From Octopus vulgaris (taxonomy: Eukaryota), in assembly GCA_951406725.2 (NCBI GenBank), contig OX597822.1, positions 12,276,001 to 12,340,000 of the forward strand: a stretch of 64,000 nucleotides of DNA. Direction: 5' to 3'. The notes beneath the pieces are model-generated. The model was not told where the DNA came from. It searched no databases and was given only the letters and a program-made list of their open reading frames with translations. A program made the position numbers and the translations under genes. Of the stretch, positions 54,101 through 64,000 are shown piece by piece; the first letter of the stretch is position 1; each line of letters opens with the position of its first letter.

Positions 54101-54840
54101 TAGGACAATCAGTAAGTTGTCATAATAATACTGAGGATTTCAAATACCAGAGCTGGGAGCTTCTAGGCGATTTTTTATTATCAATTATTAAGACAAAAAC
54201 GCTACGAAAAAAAAACATTGAATAAAGGGAAGTTACTCTAATAGGTGTGGTTAAAAGTAAAAGATATAAAATATAAAATATATAAGAAATTATAAAAGTA
54301 CACGCGACCATATACTCGTAAAGATAGAAGTCTTCGTTCATAAACTCTATATACGTACACACGTAGACACATACCCACATATGTATGTGTGTATATGTGT
54401 GTGCGTATATATATATATATATATAAGAAGAATACAGTGTACGTTCAAACACAAAAGAAATAGCCGAAGAAGAGGATATCTGACTCGCTAGAAAGAGCAG
54501 TTAAACTCCAACCCACCAATTGTAACTTCGGCCTATATCTGAAGTTATTTTATTTCAGTCTGTATTTAAGTCTGCAGAAACCTTGCAGGGTCTAGGATTA
54601 AGGTAAAAGCTTTTATTTTCCAATCGCTTTCGGAATTACAATAATTGGTGGCTTGGAGTTTTAACTGCTCTTTCTAGCGAGTCAGATATCCTCTTCTTCG
54701 GGTATCTCTTTTGTGTTTGAACGTACACTGTATTCTTCTTTGAATAATATATAGTCTTTTGACTAATTTTTTCTTTCTCGCTAGACCACTGGTAACTAAG
54801 AATTTTGCTATGAATATTCTTACTACCCTAAGATTTTAAT

Positions 54841-54896
<56 letters not shown>

Positions 54897-55240
54897 AAGG
54901 GGAAGTTTACGAAAATAAACAAAAGACGAAGGTAGGTGGAGTACAAACAAACAATTGTATTAGTATAGCGTTCAGGAATAGAAAAAGTCTTTTACGTTTC
55001 GAGTCTATACATATGTGCGTATGTGTGTACATGTATGTATGTATATATACATGTGTATGTATATAGAGTTTATGAACTAAGATTTTTATCTTTATGAGTA
55101 TGTGGCTACGTGTATTTTTATATTTTTTATGTATTTTATATTTTATATCTTTTACTTTTATTTTCCACGGAGAAACTTCCCTTTATTCTCAGGTCTGGTA
55201 TTTGAAACTCTGGGTATTATTATGACAACTTACTGATTGT

Positions 55241-55243
<3 letters not shown>
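54101..55243. repeat. Nested inverted repeats (outer 54101-54350 and 55063-55243; inner 54427-54530 and 54630-54740)
   Basis: taggacaatcagtaagttgtcataataatac pairs with gtattattatgacaacttactgattgtccta; aagaatacagtgtacgttcaaacac pairs with gtgtttgaacgtacactgtattctt. Confidence 0.8.
54898..55010 (-). mobile_element. Truncated copy of the hammerhead-bearing element family of 56897-57085
   Basis: Reverse complement ctcgaaacgtaaaagac...ttcgtaaacttcccc. Confidence 0.65.
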
Positions 55244-55296
<53 letters not shown>

Positions 55297-55298
<2 letters not shown>

Positions 55299-55527
55299 GG
55301 CTGCCCCCTCGTTATTGAGTATGGCCATTGCACGAAGCTTAACTGTTACTGGTGCTGTGATCGTATGTGACTTCTTAGCCCAGCTAAATATCTACAATGT
55401 CTTGTACAGAATTGGCAACTAATACCTTTACCACCAATAGCTGGTTGTAGTTGTAACTGGGCTTCATGTACCTTTGCATGTCGTTTAAGGCCTCCTGCCG
55501 AATTACACTCTCTTCCACATGCCTGAC

Positions 55528-55530
<3 letters not shown>
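55297..55530 (-). mobile_element. RTE-like LINE 3' end with two C2H2-type fingers
   Basis: CQACGRECNSAGGLKRHAKVH...CQFCTRHCRYLAGLRSHIRSQH*, then a short UTR; bounded by (TA)n. Confidence 0.65.
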
Positions 55531-55580
<50 letters not shown>

Positions 55581-56425
55581 GAGGAACTTTATACAATGCT
55601 GGATTTCGGGCGAGTGCCCTGTATCTAGTTCTAGAAATTGTGTTTCGTAAACCACAGATTATGCTGATGATCTTGCAGATGTTTATGTATTCATATACGT
55701 AAATTATTAACAAGTGAAACCAATTAGTACATAAGTAATTGTTTTTTATTTCGTATTTTTTCATTTGTCTTGATTATTTTTACGCTTTGGTTTTTTGTTG
55801 AATTTTTCCTTGAGAACACATTCTCCGTGGAAAATGGCGATTTTGACGTCTATATCTAGCATACAGGCTGTCTCCTTTTAGTGGTCAATCCTCAAAATTT
55901 TGTATGTAAAAAAAAATTTTAATCTTCGGATTTTTTAAATATTGCTATGCCACTGGTTTTAATCGATTAATATCAATTTCTACCCTTATTTAATTATATA
56001 TATATATATTTATATATAAGAGCTAAAGTCTTAAATCGCCGTAAAGCACCAAGATAGAGAAATAATAGTAGGCGAGGAAACAGAAAGAATTAATACATTA
56101 AAAAGCACAACTACAAAAGATTATGCAGTTTAGGACATCGAGATGGTCGGGTTTCAGCTTTTAGAAATTTAATCCTTGAGCCTTTTCAGTGTGGACTACC
56201 GAGTACTACTCCGCTAGGGTACTGGTTTTGTTTTTCCCCAAAAACACAGCACATGGTGCAGAAATATTTATATGCAAAACATTCTATTACTAAGATTTGA
56301 AATAAGATGTCACTACTGGTAATATAAATTTAAAATTGATGACATCAACAGTAGTAACATTTATAGTCCGCAGGCAAATAGCATTATTTAGCTATAAATT
56401 AGCAGGTGTAAGAATATATATATAT

Positions 56426-56614
56426 ATTTCGTTTTGGGATTTGGTTTGCAAGATTCTTTATGTGAGTTCGTGTGTTGAAGCATATTCTGTTGTGTCTGGA
56501 GAGAGTTATTTTCTTTTTGTGCCTTACAATTTTACACACCCTAACCCTAATTTTACTGGCGAATGTGTTAGATTATAAGTCACAAAAAGAAAATGACTCT
56601 CCCCAGACACAACA

Positions 56615-56619
<5 letters not shown>
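56426..56619. repeat. TA-flanked element with ~55-bp inverted repeat
   Basis: ctgttgtgtctgg.gagagt.attttctttttgtg pairs with cacaaaaagaaaatgactctccccagacacaacag. Confidence 0.7.
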
Positions 56620-56667
<48 letters not shown>

Positions 56668-56896
56668 GATAAGACCGTTATTGAAAATAATGTTCATATC
56701 GAGTTGCAAGTTTGGGAAAAAACCTTATAGATAATTATTAGTGGATTATCCATGAACATTTGCCAGTTTATTTGCCCTTTCCCCTGTGTTGTATGAACAC
56801 ATAATGTGGTTTTAGATTCAGGTTTTGACTGCTCTATCTAGCATGGCGGTATCCCTTTTGATACCCTTAATTCTAATTTTATATAAATATATATAT

Positions 56897-57085
56897 AGAC
56901 GCCATGATAGATCGTTAGCGACTACACACATTTTTCATCTCCTTGTTTTCTGTGTCCCTTTCTGTAGAAGAGCGTAGGCTCGAAACGTAAAAGAGTTTTC
57001 TATTCCTGAGCGTTATACTAATACATCTGTTTGTTTTGTACACCACCTGTCTTCGTCTTTTGTTGTTTTTTTCGTAAACTCTCCC
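56897..57085 (+). mobile_element. (TA)n-flanked ~190-bp element with hammerhead-like motif at 56958-56993
   Basis: CUUU-CUGUAGA-A-GAGC-GUAG-GCUC-GAAA-CGU-A-AAAG. Confidence 0.7.
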
Positions 57086-57697
57086 TATATATATATATAT
57101 AAATTATATATATATATACATTCATTGGGTTTTGTCACGGAGAAGAATTGTCGCTGTAGACGAGTGTTGAGAACACACCAAAATCAGCTCGGAGCGCCAC
57201 TTACCCTAACTGTGAGATGCAAGGGTTATCTCCTCTCAGATACAGAAACTGGACAGGGTGCGTTGCGGGATGATCAGGGAGATAAAAGAGATATTCTCCT
57301 CATCGTAGAATGATAAGTATCATAAGAGAGATAGTCTCTTTAATCAGCCAACAAAGCATCCGCTTTCTGTGACTAAAGGTGAGTTACTCTTCATGCATTT
57401 CACAGCCTAGATAGGTGGCACTATGTGCAGCTTTTAGTGTGTTTACAGTGAGAAATTTTTTGCTTTCCGCGTTCGAATATGCCTTAAGCGTTTATTCCCC
57501 AGAAAAAAACAATGTTTCTGCAGAAAATGTAAATGTGGCGATAGGTCATCCATAAAGATTTCAATCTTAACAATTGTTAATCAATGCGACAAACACACTT
57601 TTTTGTGTATCCAGATTAACTGCAAAACATCTCGTAAGACGCCATACGCTACGCAGCTCCAGATCGAATGCAACAAATTTTCCTCATTATGCGATAA

Positions 57698-58879
57698 TGT
57701 TTATATATATAAAACTGAGAATGTGTGTCTGTCTGTCTGTGTGTTTCCCTAAAACTTGAGAACTACACAGCCAATTTCATTGAAATTTTACACATGTCTT
57801 ACATAGGGTCCGAGGAATGTCATCGGCAAAAGAATTTTGAACTTTTTGCCTAGCACGAGCCCACAGCAATATCATATCTTCTCCACTACGATTCCCTAAA
57901 ACTTGAGAACTACACAACCAATTTCATTCAAATTTTACACATGCCTTACTTAGATCCATGTAGTTTCATGGGCAAAAAACTGTTCAACTTGTTACCTAGA
58001 GCGAGCCCATAGCAATATCATATCTTCTCCACTATTTCAGAATTACGTGTTAAAAATGAAACAAAAACATTTCTCTATTTTATGTCAGATACTTTCCCTT
58101 TAACAATAAAAATAATAATAACAATTGAATTATATGTAGTAAGTAATAATTAAAATCAAACTAAAGTATAATATAATCGTAACATAACAAAAGTAAAAAT
58201 AGTAATTTGTATAAAATTGCATCAATGATTTGAACTTGAATAAGTGGTTTCACATGAATGGGAATAAATTAAAAATAAAATTAGCGTGCAGAAATGGAAT
58301 AGTCGAGATGGATAATAAAAAATTAAATTAAAGAAAAGACTATTGTCTATAAAGTATACAATGTAGAGAAAAATTAAGATTTGAAGCCCTGGAGGAAAGC
58401 ACCATCGAAAAGTGTCTTGGTGCGACTATGAAAGATATCTAACCAGAGGCGGTAAATTCGCCACAATAGAAGCAAGGTTCGAGTCAACGGAGCGTGGAAG
58501 GGAATACCCGACTCGAACTTGCAAAGTGGAATTATTTTATTTTTACCTTTATAGCTGGGACGTAGGACGTATCGGAAAATATTTTAAATGCCCCCCCCCC
58601 CCACCAGAAGTAGAGGTAGGCTGGATTGTAGCCACACTTCTATACAAAAGGGAGGACAAGATACAATTGATCGAAATTACAAGAGACGGGCTAACAATTC
58701 CAGTCTGTTATATATTTTGAGTATTGTTATCACTAGCGATATCAGGATATAATTCGTCTTTTGTATATTATGTGTAGATGTATATATATATAGATGTCAA
58801 TGTAATGTGTACACATATATACACACATATATATATGCACTATCATTATGACCCGGCAACGCCGGGTCTTTAATGCTTG
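57698..58879 (+). mobile_element. Non-autonomous Helitron with ~145-bp internal tandem duplication
   Basis: Homologous to 14119-15398; hairpin gacccggcaacgccgggtc, then aatgCTTG|T. Confidence 0.85.
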
Positions 58880-59023
58880 TCAGTTATATAAATAAAAACA
58901 GATGAATTCGATATCTAACTATCTATCTATCTTTCTATCTATGCATCCATCCAACTATCTATCTATCTATCTATGTATGTATCTATATATCTATGTATCT
59001 ATCTATCTATCTATCTATCTATC

Positions 59024-59676
59024 TAGGGAAGGAAGAGCTATTTTCATCATCCTTGTGGCTATGGCGAAAGAATGTATCTGGTGGACGCATCTGAAAGGAT
59101 TGGAGACAAACAATTTCTTCTCTGGTCAATCTCTTATCAACTTCTTCAAGTACCACTTGAAAAGGAAAGTGAGAGTAGAGAGGCAAGTTTTGTCTAGCGA
59201 ACGTTTAAAAAAAAGATGGGTGAATGTAGCAAGGATGGCACGTATGAATGACGAAGCGATCTTGAGCATAATCCTATGAACCCGGAAATTGAAAACAGAG
59301 GGTTACCCACTTGCAAACAAATGTGGTAACATATAACAATATTGGCCGAGGTTACCGTGGTCTTTTTTGTAGGCTTTTCTTCCCACAGATAAACCTTATC
59401 TGCTTACCCCTTTACACTGTACATCATGACACTGTGATACACGATCCCTATTGATCGTTTTTTATCCTCTTCCCCTTTTTTCCCTCTTTTTTCGTTTTTT
59501 TCTTTTTTCTTTTCTTTTGTTCCTTTTCCTTTTTTTGTCTTTTTTTCTTTTTTCCCTGTTACGATCCCTTTTCATCGAAAACTACGCCACTTTTTCTTTC
59601 TCATCCCCCAAAAGAAAAGCTCTACCTTGTAATTTGTCCCATCTGTGTGCAGCCCTGTGTGCCCAATAAAGAAACT
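59024..59676 (+). mobile_element. Tx1/L1-like LINE 3' end in (TATC)n
   Basis: ILVAMAKECIWWTHLKG...FFKYHLKRKVRVE...KKRW, T-rich UTR, AATAAA; (TATC)n on both sides. Confidence 0.7.
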
Positions 59677-60296
59677 TATCTATCTAGCTATCTATTTAAC
59701 TTTTACCTTTTCTTATCTTTTGTTTCTTTTAGACATTAGACTGCGGCCCTGCTGGGGTATACAAACAAAGTCACACACATAAACATACACACACGCACAC
59801 ACATGCGCGCACGTATGTATATATTATGATGCCGATGATGATGTTTTAAGCTATTTTGACGGTGTGTGTTTGCGTATTACGTTTCCAATGTTTCAAATGA
59901 CGGAAAATAATTAATGTTTTACTACCATCGACTCAATTCTGTTTTGCAGAGATTGTACACTCAACACGAAAAAAAGGAACAAAAGCTATCGCTGAGAGTT
60001 TTTCAAACAAGCTTATAGTGTACAATCTACTGTGCATATTTACACATTACCTTATTATCTATGTCTCTCTCCTCCCTTTCTTTCTCTCTCTCTCTCCTTT
60101 TCGCTCCCTATTTTCTCTCTCACCATCTGTCTGTCTATCTATCTATCTCTTGGTCACTCTCTATCAATCAATCTATCTATCTATCTGTCTATCTATCTAC
60201 ATGTTTCATTATGCATATGTATTTGTACTGGACGGGCGTTTGGGGGTTTGTTTGTATGCATACATTTACATACAAGCATATATATAAATATATATT

Positions 60297-60502
60297 TAGT
60301 TAATCCAGACATGAAAACACAAAGAGAAAACACAACAACGCGAGGACGTGGAACAGGTATAGTGTTATTGGACGCTCAGGAAAGGAAGGAAAGAAGGAGG
60401 ATTTAACGTTTCGAGCGGAGCTCTTTCCTCAGAAACATAGGAAAATGAAAGATCCAAGGAAGGGAAGACGGAGAAAAAAATCGCCAAGTGTACACACGCG
60501 GT

Positions 60503-60505
<3 letters not shown>
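60297..60505 (-). mobile_element. TA-adjacent element with minimal hammerhead at 60401-60436
   Basis: GUUU-CUGAGGA-AA-GAGC-UCC-GCUC-GAAA-CGU-U-AAAU; copy of 32575-32755. Confidence 0.75.
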
Positions 60506-60536
<31 letters not shown>

Positions 60537-60706
60537 AATATATGACGGTGCGAATCGTTCTTTATACAGTGTCGAGTTTACAATCCTGCAAATGATAATA
60601 TTTGTGTTTTTATATAAGCTCAAATCTTATGGCGATCACCGTGCAATGACTAAGGAAAATAATCCAATAAAGGGACATATAAGCTCTCGACAGAAAGAAA
60701 GAAGGC

Positions 60707-60780
60707 TTTCCTATTCGTGTGGGAGTCGAACCCACATCCCTTTGTTAACATGACTAAGTGTGTTAATTTTACACCAGGGA
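60707..60780 (-). pseudogene. tRNA-like remnant between direct repeats
   Basis: Reverse strand tggtgtaaaatt (A-box-like) and gggttcgactccc (B box); cloverleaf is incomplete. Confidence 0.45.
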
Positions 60781-61676
60781 GTTAGCCTCTCCATTTCTGT
60801 CAAATTTAAAAACTATAATAGTCCGTGTTTGCTTTTATGCAAACAAACTTTCTATATGCTTTCGGTACGAATGGTTATTTATACGGCGTCGCGTTTACAA
60901 TCCTGTAAATAACATCCACATAATAGCGACGCGGTATTTCGCTATGCAGCCATAATATCCTAAAAATTATATTAATCGTCTCTATAAGTCAATACTCTCT
61001 TCTACCGTGTTAGCGTATTTACGGTGGCATAACGAACGAAATATCGTTTCCCCACAAATCACTAACATTAACATACCAGTTTCCAGTAAAGTGCATATGT
61101 AAAATTGGTATAGCCAATGTCCTTGCTCCGCTTCATTTAGTGGGTGGTTGTTTAAGCAATGTTTGCGTGGAGGATTAATGGGTTAAACGGGTAGTGATGA
61201 AAGATCAAAACCTCCCGAAATATGGCACATACACACATCACCCATTTTTCATCTTCGATCTCACAGATTGATAAGGAACGTCGTAGAAAAAAATCAGTTC
61301 TGATTATTAATTTGTATAGGTATCTGTAGAAATAGCCTTAACAAGTAATGTAATAGCACTGCTAACACAGTAGAACACGGTATTGACTTATAATAGCTTT
61401 TAACATATTTTATAGCATGAAAAACAAAATGAAAAACAAACAAAAAATGAACAAGGAACAGATGGTTCTTCTTTTTCAGGGTTATCTGAAGCATGCAAAG
61501 TAGGACCTGTCTCGTTGCTAGTTCGCATCGAATGACGTTAGTGCGTCAGTTATACATAAATACATATATAAGTGCATACATATATGTATGTATATGTGTA
61601 CGTACACACACACATACATACACACATACACACACAGATGCACAATAGACATATCAGTATCAATTTTATTCATTAA

Positions 61677-61890
61677 GGTGGCAAAGTGGCAGAAATGTCT
61701 GTCCTCCGGATGAAATGCTTAGCGGCATTTCGTCCGTCTTTACGATCTGAATTCAAATACGTCCGAGATCGACTTTGCTTTCGATAAAAAAAAAGTACCA
61801 ATCGAACACAAGGATGGAATTAATCGATCCCAGTGCTCCTTCCCCAAACCTTCTGCCCCCCCCCCCTGTAGCCAAATTTGAAACCAATGT
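61677..61890 (+). mobile_element. SINE family B, diverged
   Basis: gaaatgcttagcggcatttcgtc...gaattcaaat...cgactttgc. Confidence 0.7.
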
Positions 61891-61942
61891 AAATGTTATT
61901 CATCGTATGAGTCATAAATCAATTTGGAAACCGATTACAATT

Positions 61943-62232
61943 TCTACTACTACCACCACCACCACTACCAACACCACCAACAGCAACACCACCACAATCA
62001 ACAGCAACACCACCACTACCAACAGCAACAACACCACCACCAACAGCAACACCACCACCACCGCTACTACTACCACCACCACCATCGCTACTACTACTAC
62101 TACTACTACTACTAACACCACCACGACTACCAACACCACCAACAGCAATACCACCACCACCAACAGCAACACCACCACCACCACCGCTACTACTACCACC
62201 ACCACCATCGCTACTACTACCACCACCACCAT

Positions 62233-62265
<33 letters not shown>

Positions 62266-62295
62266 CATCACTACTATTTCTACTACTACTACTAT
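61943..62295. repeat. (CAC)n/(TAC)n/(CAA)n compound microsatellite
   Basis: Direct reading. Confidence 0.9.
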
Positions 62296-62902
62296 GCTGA
62301 TAACATTACCACTACAACATCTACCATAACCACGCCTTCTACAAGATTGTAACACCAACAATTTTTGTTGCTACTGCTGCTGCTGCAGCAACCACCACAC
62401 CACCTAAAACTCCACTACTACTACTACTACTACTACTACAAGCAAAGAAAATGTTGACGGCTATTTTGTGTCAACGATCACCCACCACCACTGCTCTACT
62501 TAATAGTATGAGCTGTAGAAGCGCCACCTATCGGTTCTTAACATAACGGTCTCGGCATTGGTAATAAATTGTTATTTCGCAGTAGCGCGGCGGTTGACGA
62601 AAATATCAATTTAGAAGACGCTATTAATTATGGTTAATTGAAAAATGCTAATTACATTTGCATAGCAAAATAGAAATTCTCATATAAAATCTTGATTTGT
62701 GAGAATAAGAGTTCAGGAGAAAGAAGAAAAAACAGAAGAAGGTGCGCTAAAGACTTTCCTGCTCATTACAAATTCATTAACTTGGGAAATGAAGCATTTT
62801 GGAGGACAGCTCAAATGTTGAACCCGTCATCGATCAGCTTCGCAGCATCGGAAAGCATTCTGCTGCTATACTTAATAAGGCTGCATGAGTAACAGCAACA
62901 GT

Positions 62903-63228
62903 GATGGCGCAATGGCCCAGTGGTTAGGGCAGCGGACTCGCGGTCGCAGCATCGCGGTTTCGATTCCCAGACCGAGCGTTGTGTGTGTTTATTGAGCGAA
63001 AACACCTAAAGCTCCACGAGGCTCCGGCAGGGGATGGTGGCGGTCCCTATTGTACTCTTTCGCCCCAACTTTCTCTCGCTCTTTCTTCTCGTTTCAAACG
63101 CTGAGCCTCGATGCGCATTGACATGCGTTCTCTTCAGCGAGTCTTACGAATAGCAAAGGACCACGTTTCGGACTTCTCCCACTGCGAGCTCTGGGACGAA
63201 GACCGCTTCGCTCAACAAACAAACAAAC
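62903..63228 (+). mobile_element. tRNA-derived SINE family D, possibly tRNA-Arg-like
   Basis: A box tggcccagtgg, B-box-like gtttcgattcc, (caaa)n tail, aacagcaaca on both flanks. Confidence 0.8.
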
Positions 63229-63250
63229 AACAGCAACAACCATTACTACC

Positions 63251-64000
63251 TCTCTATATATAAAACTAAGAATGTGTGTCTGTCTGTGTGTTTCCCTAAA
63301 ACTTGAGAACTACACAACCAATTCCATTCAAATTTTACACATGCCTTACTTAGGGTCCATGTAGTTTCATGAGAAAAAATGTTCAACTTCATGCCTAGAG
63401 CGAGCCCATAGCAATATCATATCTTCTCCACTATTTCAGTATCACGTGTTAAAAGTGAAACAAAAACGCTTCTCTATTTTCAATTTAACAATAAAAATAA
63501 TAATAACAATTGAATTATATGTAGTAAGTAATAATTAAAATCAAACTAAAGTATAATATAATCGTAACATAGCAAAAGTAAAAATACCAATTAGTATAAA
63601 ATTGCATCAATGATTTGAACTTGAATAAGTGGTTTCACATGAATGGGAATAAATTAAAAATAAAATTAGCGTGCAGAAATGGAATAGTCGAGATGGATAA
63701 TAACAAATTAAATTAAAGAAAAGACTATTGTCTATAAAGTATACAATGTAGAGAAAAAAGAAGATTTGAACACCTGGAGGAAAGCACCATCGAAAAGTGT
63801 CTTGGTGCGACTATGAAAGATATCTAACCAGAGGCGGTAAATTCGCCACAATAGAAGCAAGGTTCGAGTCAACGCAGCGTGCAAGGGAGTACTCGACTCG
63901 AACCTTGCAAAGTGGAAATATCTTATTTTTACCTATATATCTGGGTCGTTGGACGTGCCAGATGAAAATTAAAAATGCCCTCCCCCCAGAAGTAGAGGTA
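63251..64000 (+). mobile_element. Non-autonomous Helitron running off the window end
   Basis: 5' tctctatatataaaac and colinear with 57698-58879. Confidence 0.85.

Noticed and set aside
54455-54505. ccgaagaagag...ctcgctagaaa as a hammerhead
   Set aside because: Core positions U4 and GAAA directly after stem II are absent.
55346-55579. C2H2 zinc-finger host gene
   Set aside because: Only two terminal fingers, truncated at (TA)n and followed by a short UTR; this fits an RTE-like ORF end better.
62903-62975. Functional tRNA gene
   Set aside because: The acceptor stem is imperfect and the sequence continues into a SINE body with tail and TSD.

Overview
AT-rich, repeat-saturated animal DNA (intronic or intergenic); no intact host gene, rRNA, tRNA gene or CRISPR array is supported. 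The SINE families and dense (TA)n/(TAA)n/(TATC)n arrays suggest a cephalopod, Octopus-like genome (inference). The window holds decayed non-LTR retrotransposon fragments (CR1/L2-like, Tx1/L1-like, R4/Dong-like, Hero-like, RTE-like, Penelope-like RT), at least four tRNA-derived SINE families, three copies of a non-autonomous Helitron, several MITE/fold-back elements and many microsatellites. Most long ORFs in the track are microsatellite artefacts. The most notable signal is a set of short non-coding elements next to (TA)n arrays that carry minimal type-I hammerhead ribozyme motifs with a palindromic stem III. They fall into canonical, A6U and U3-A8 core variants and may be a Penelope/retrozyme-like non-autonomous system. 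All identifications were made by eye and element boundaries are approximate unless stated.
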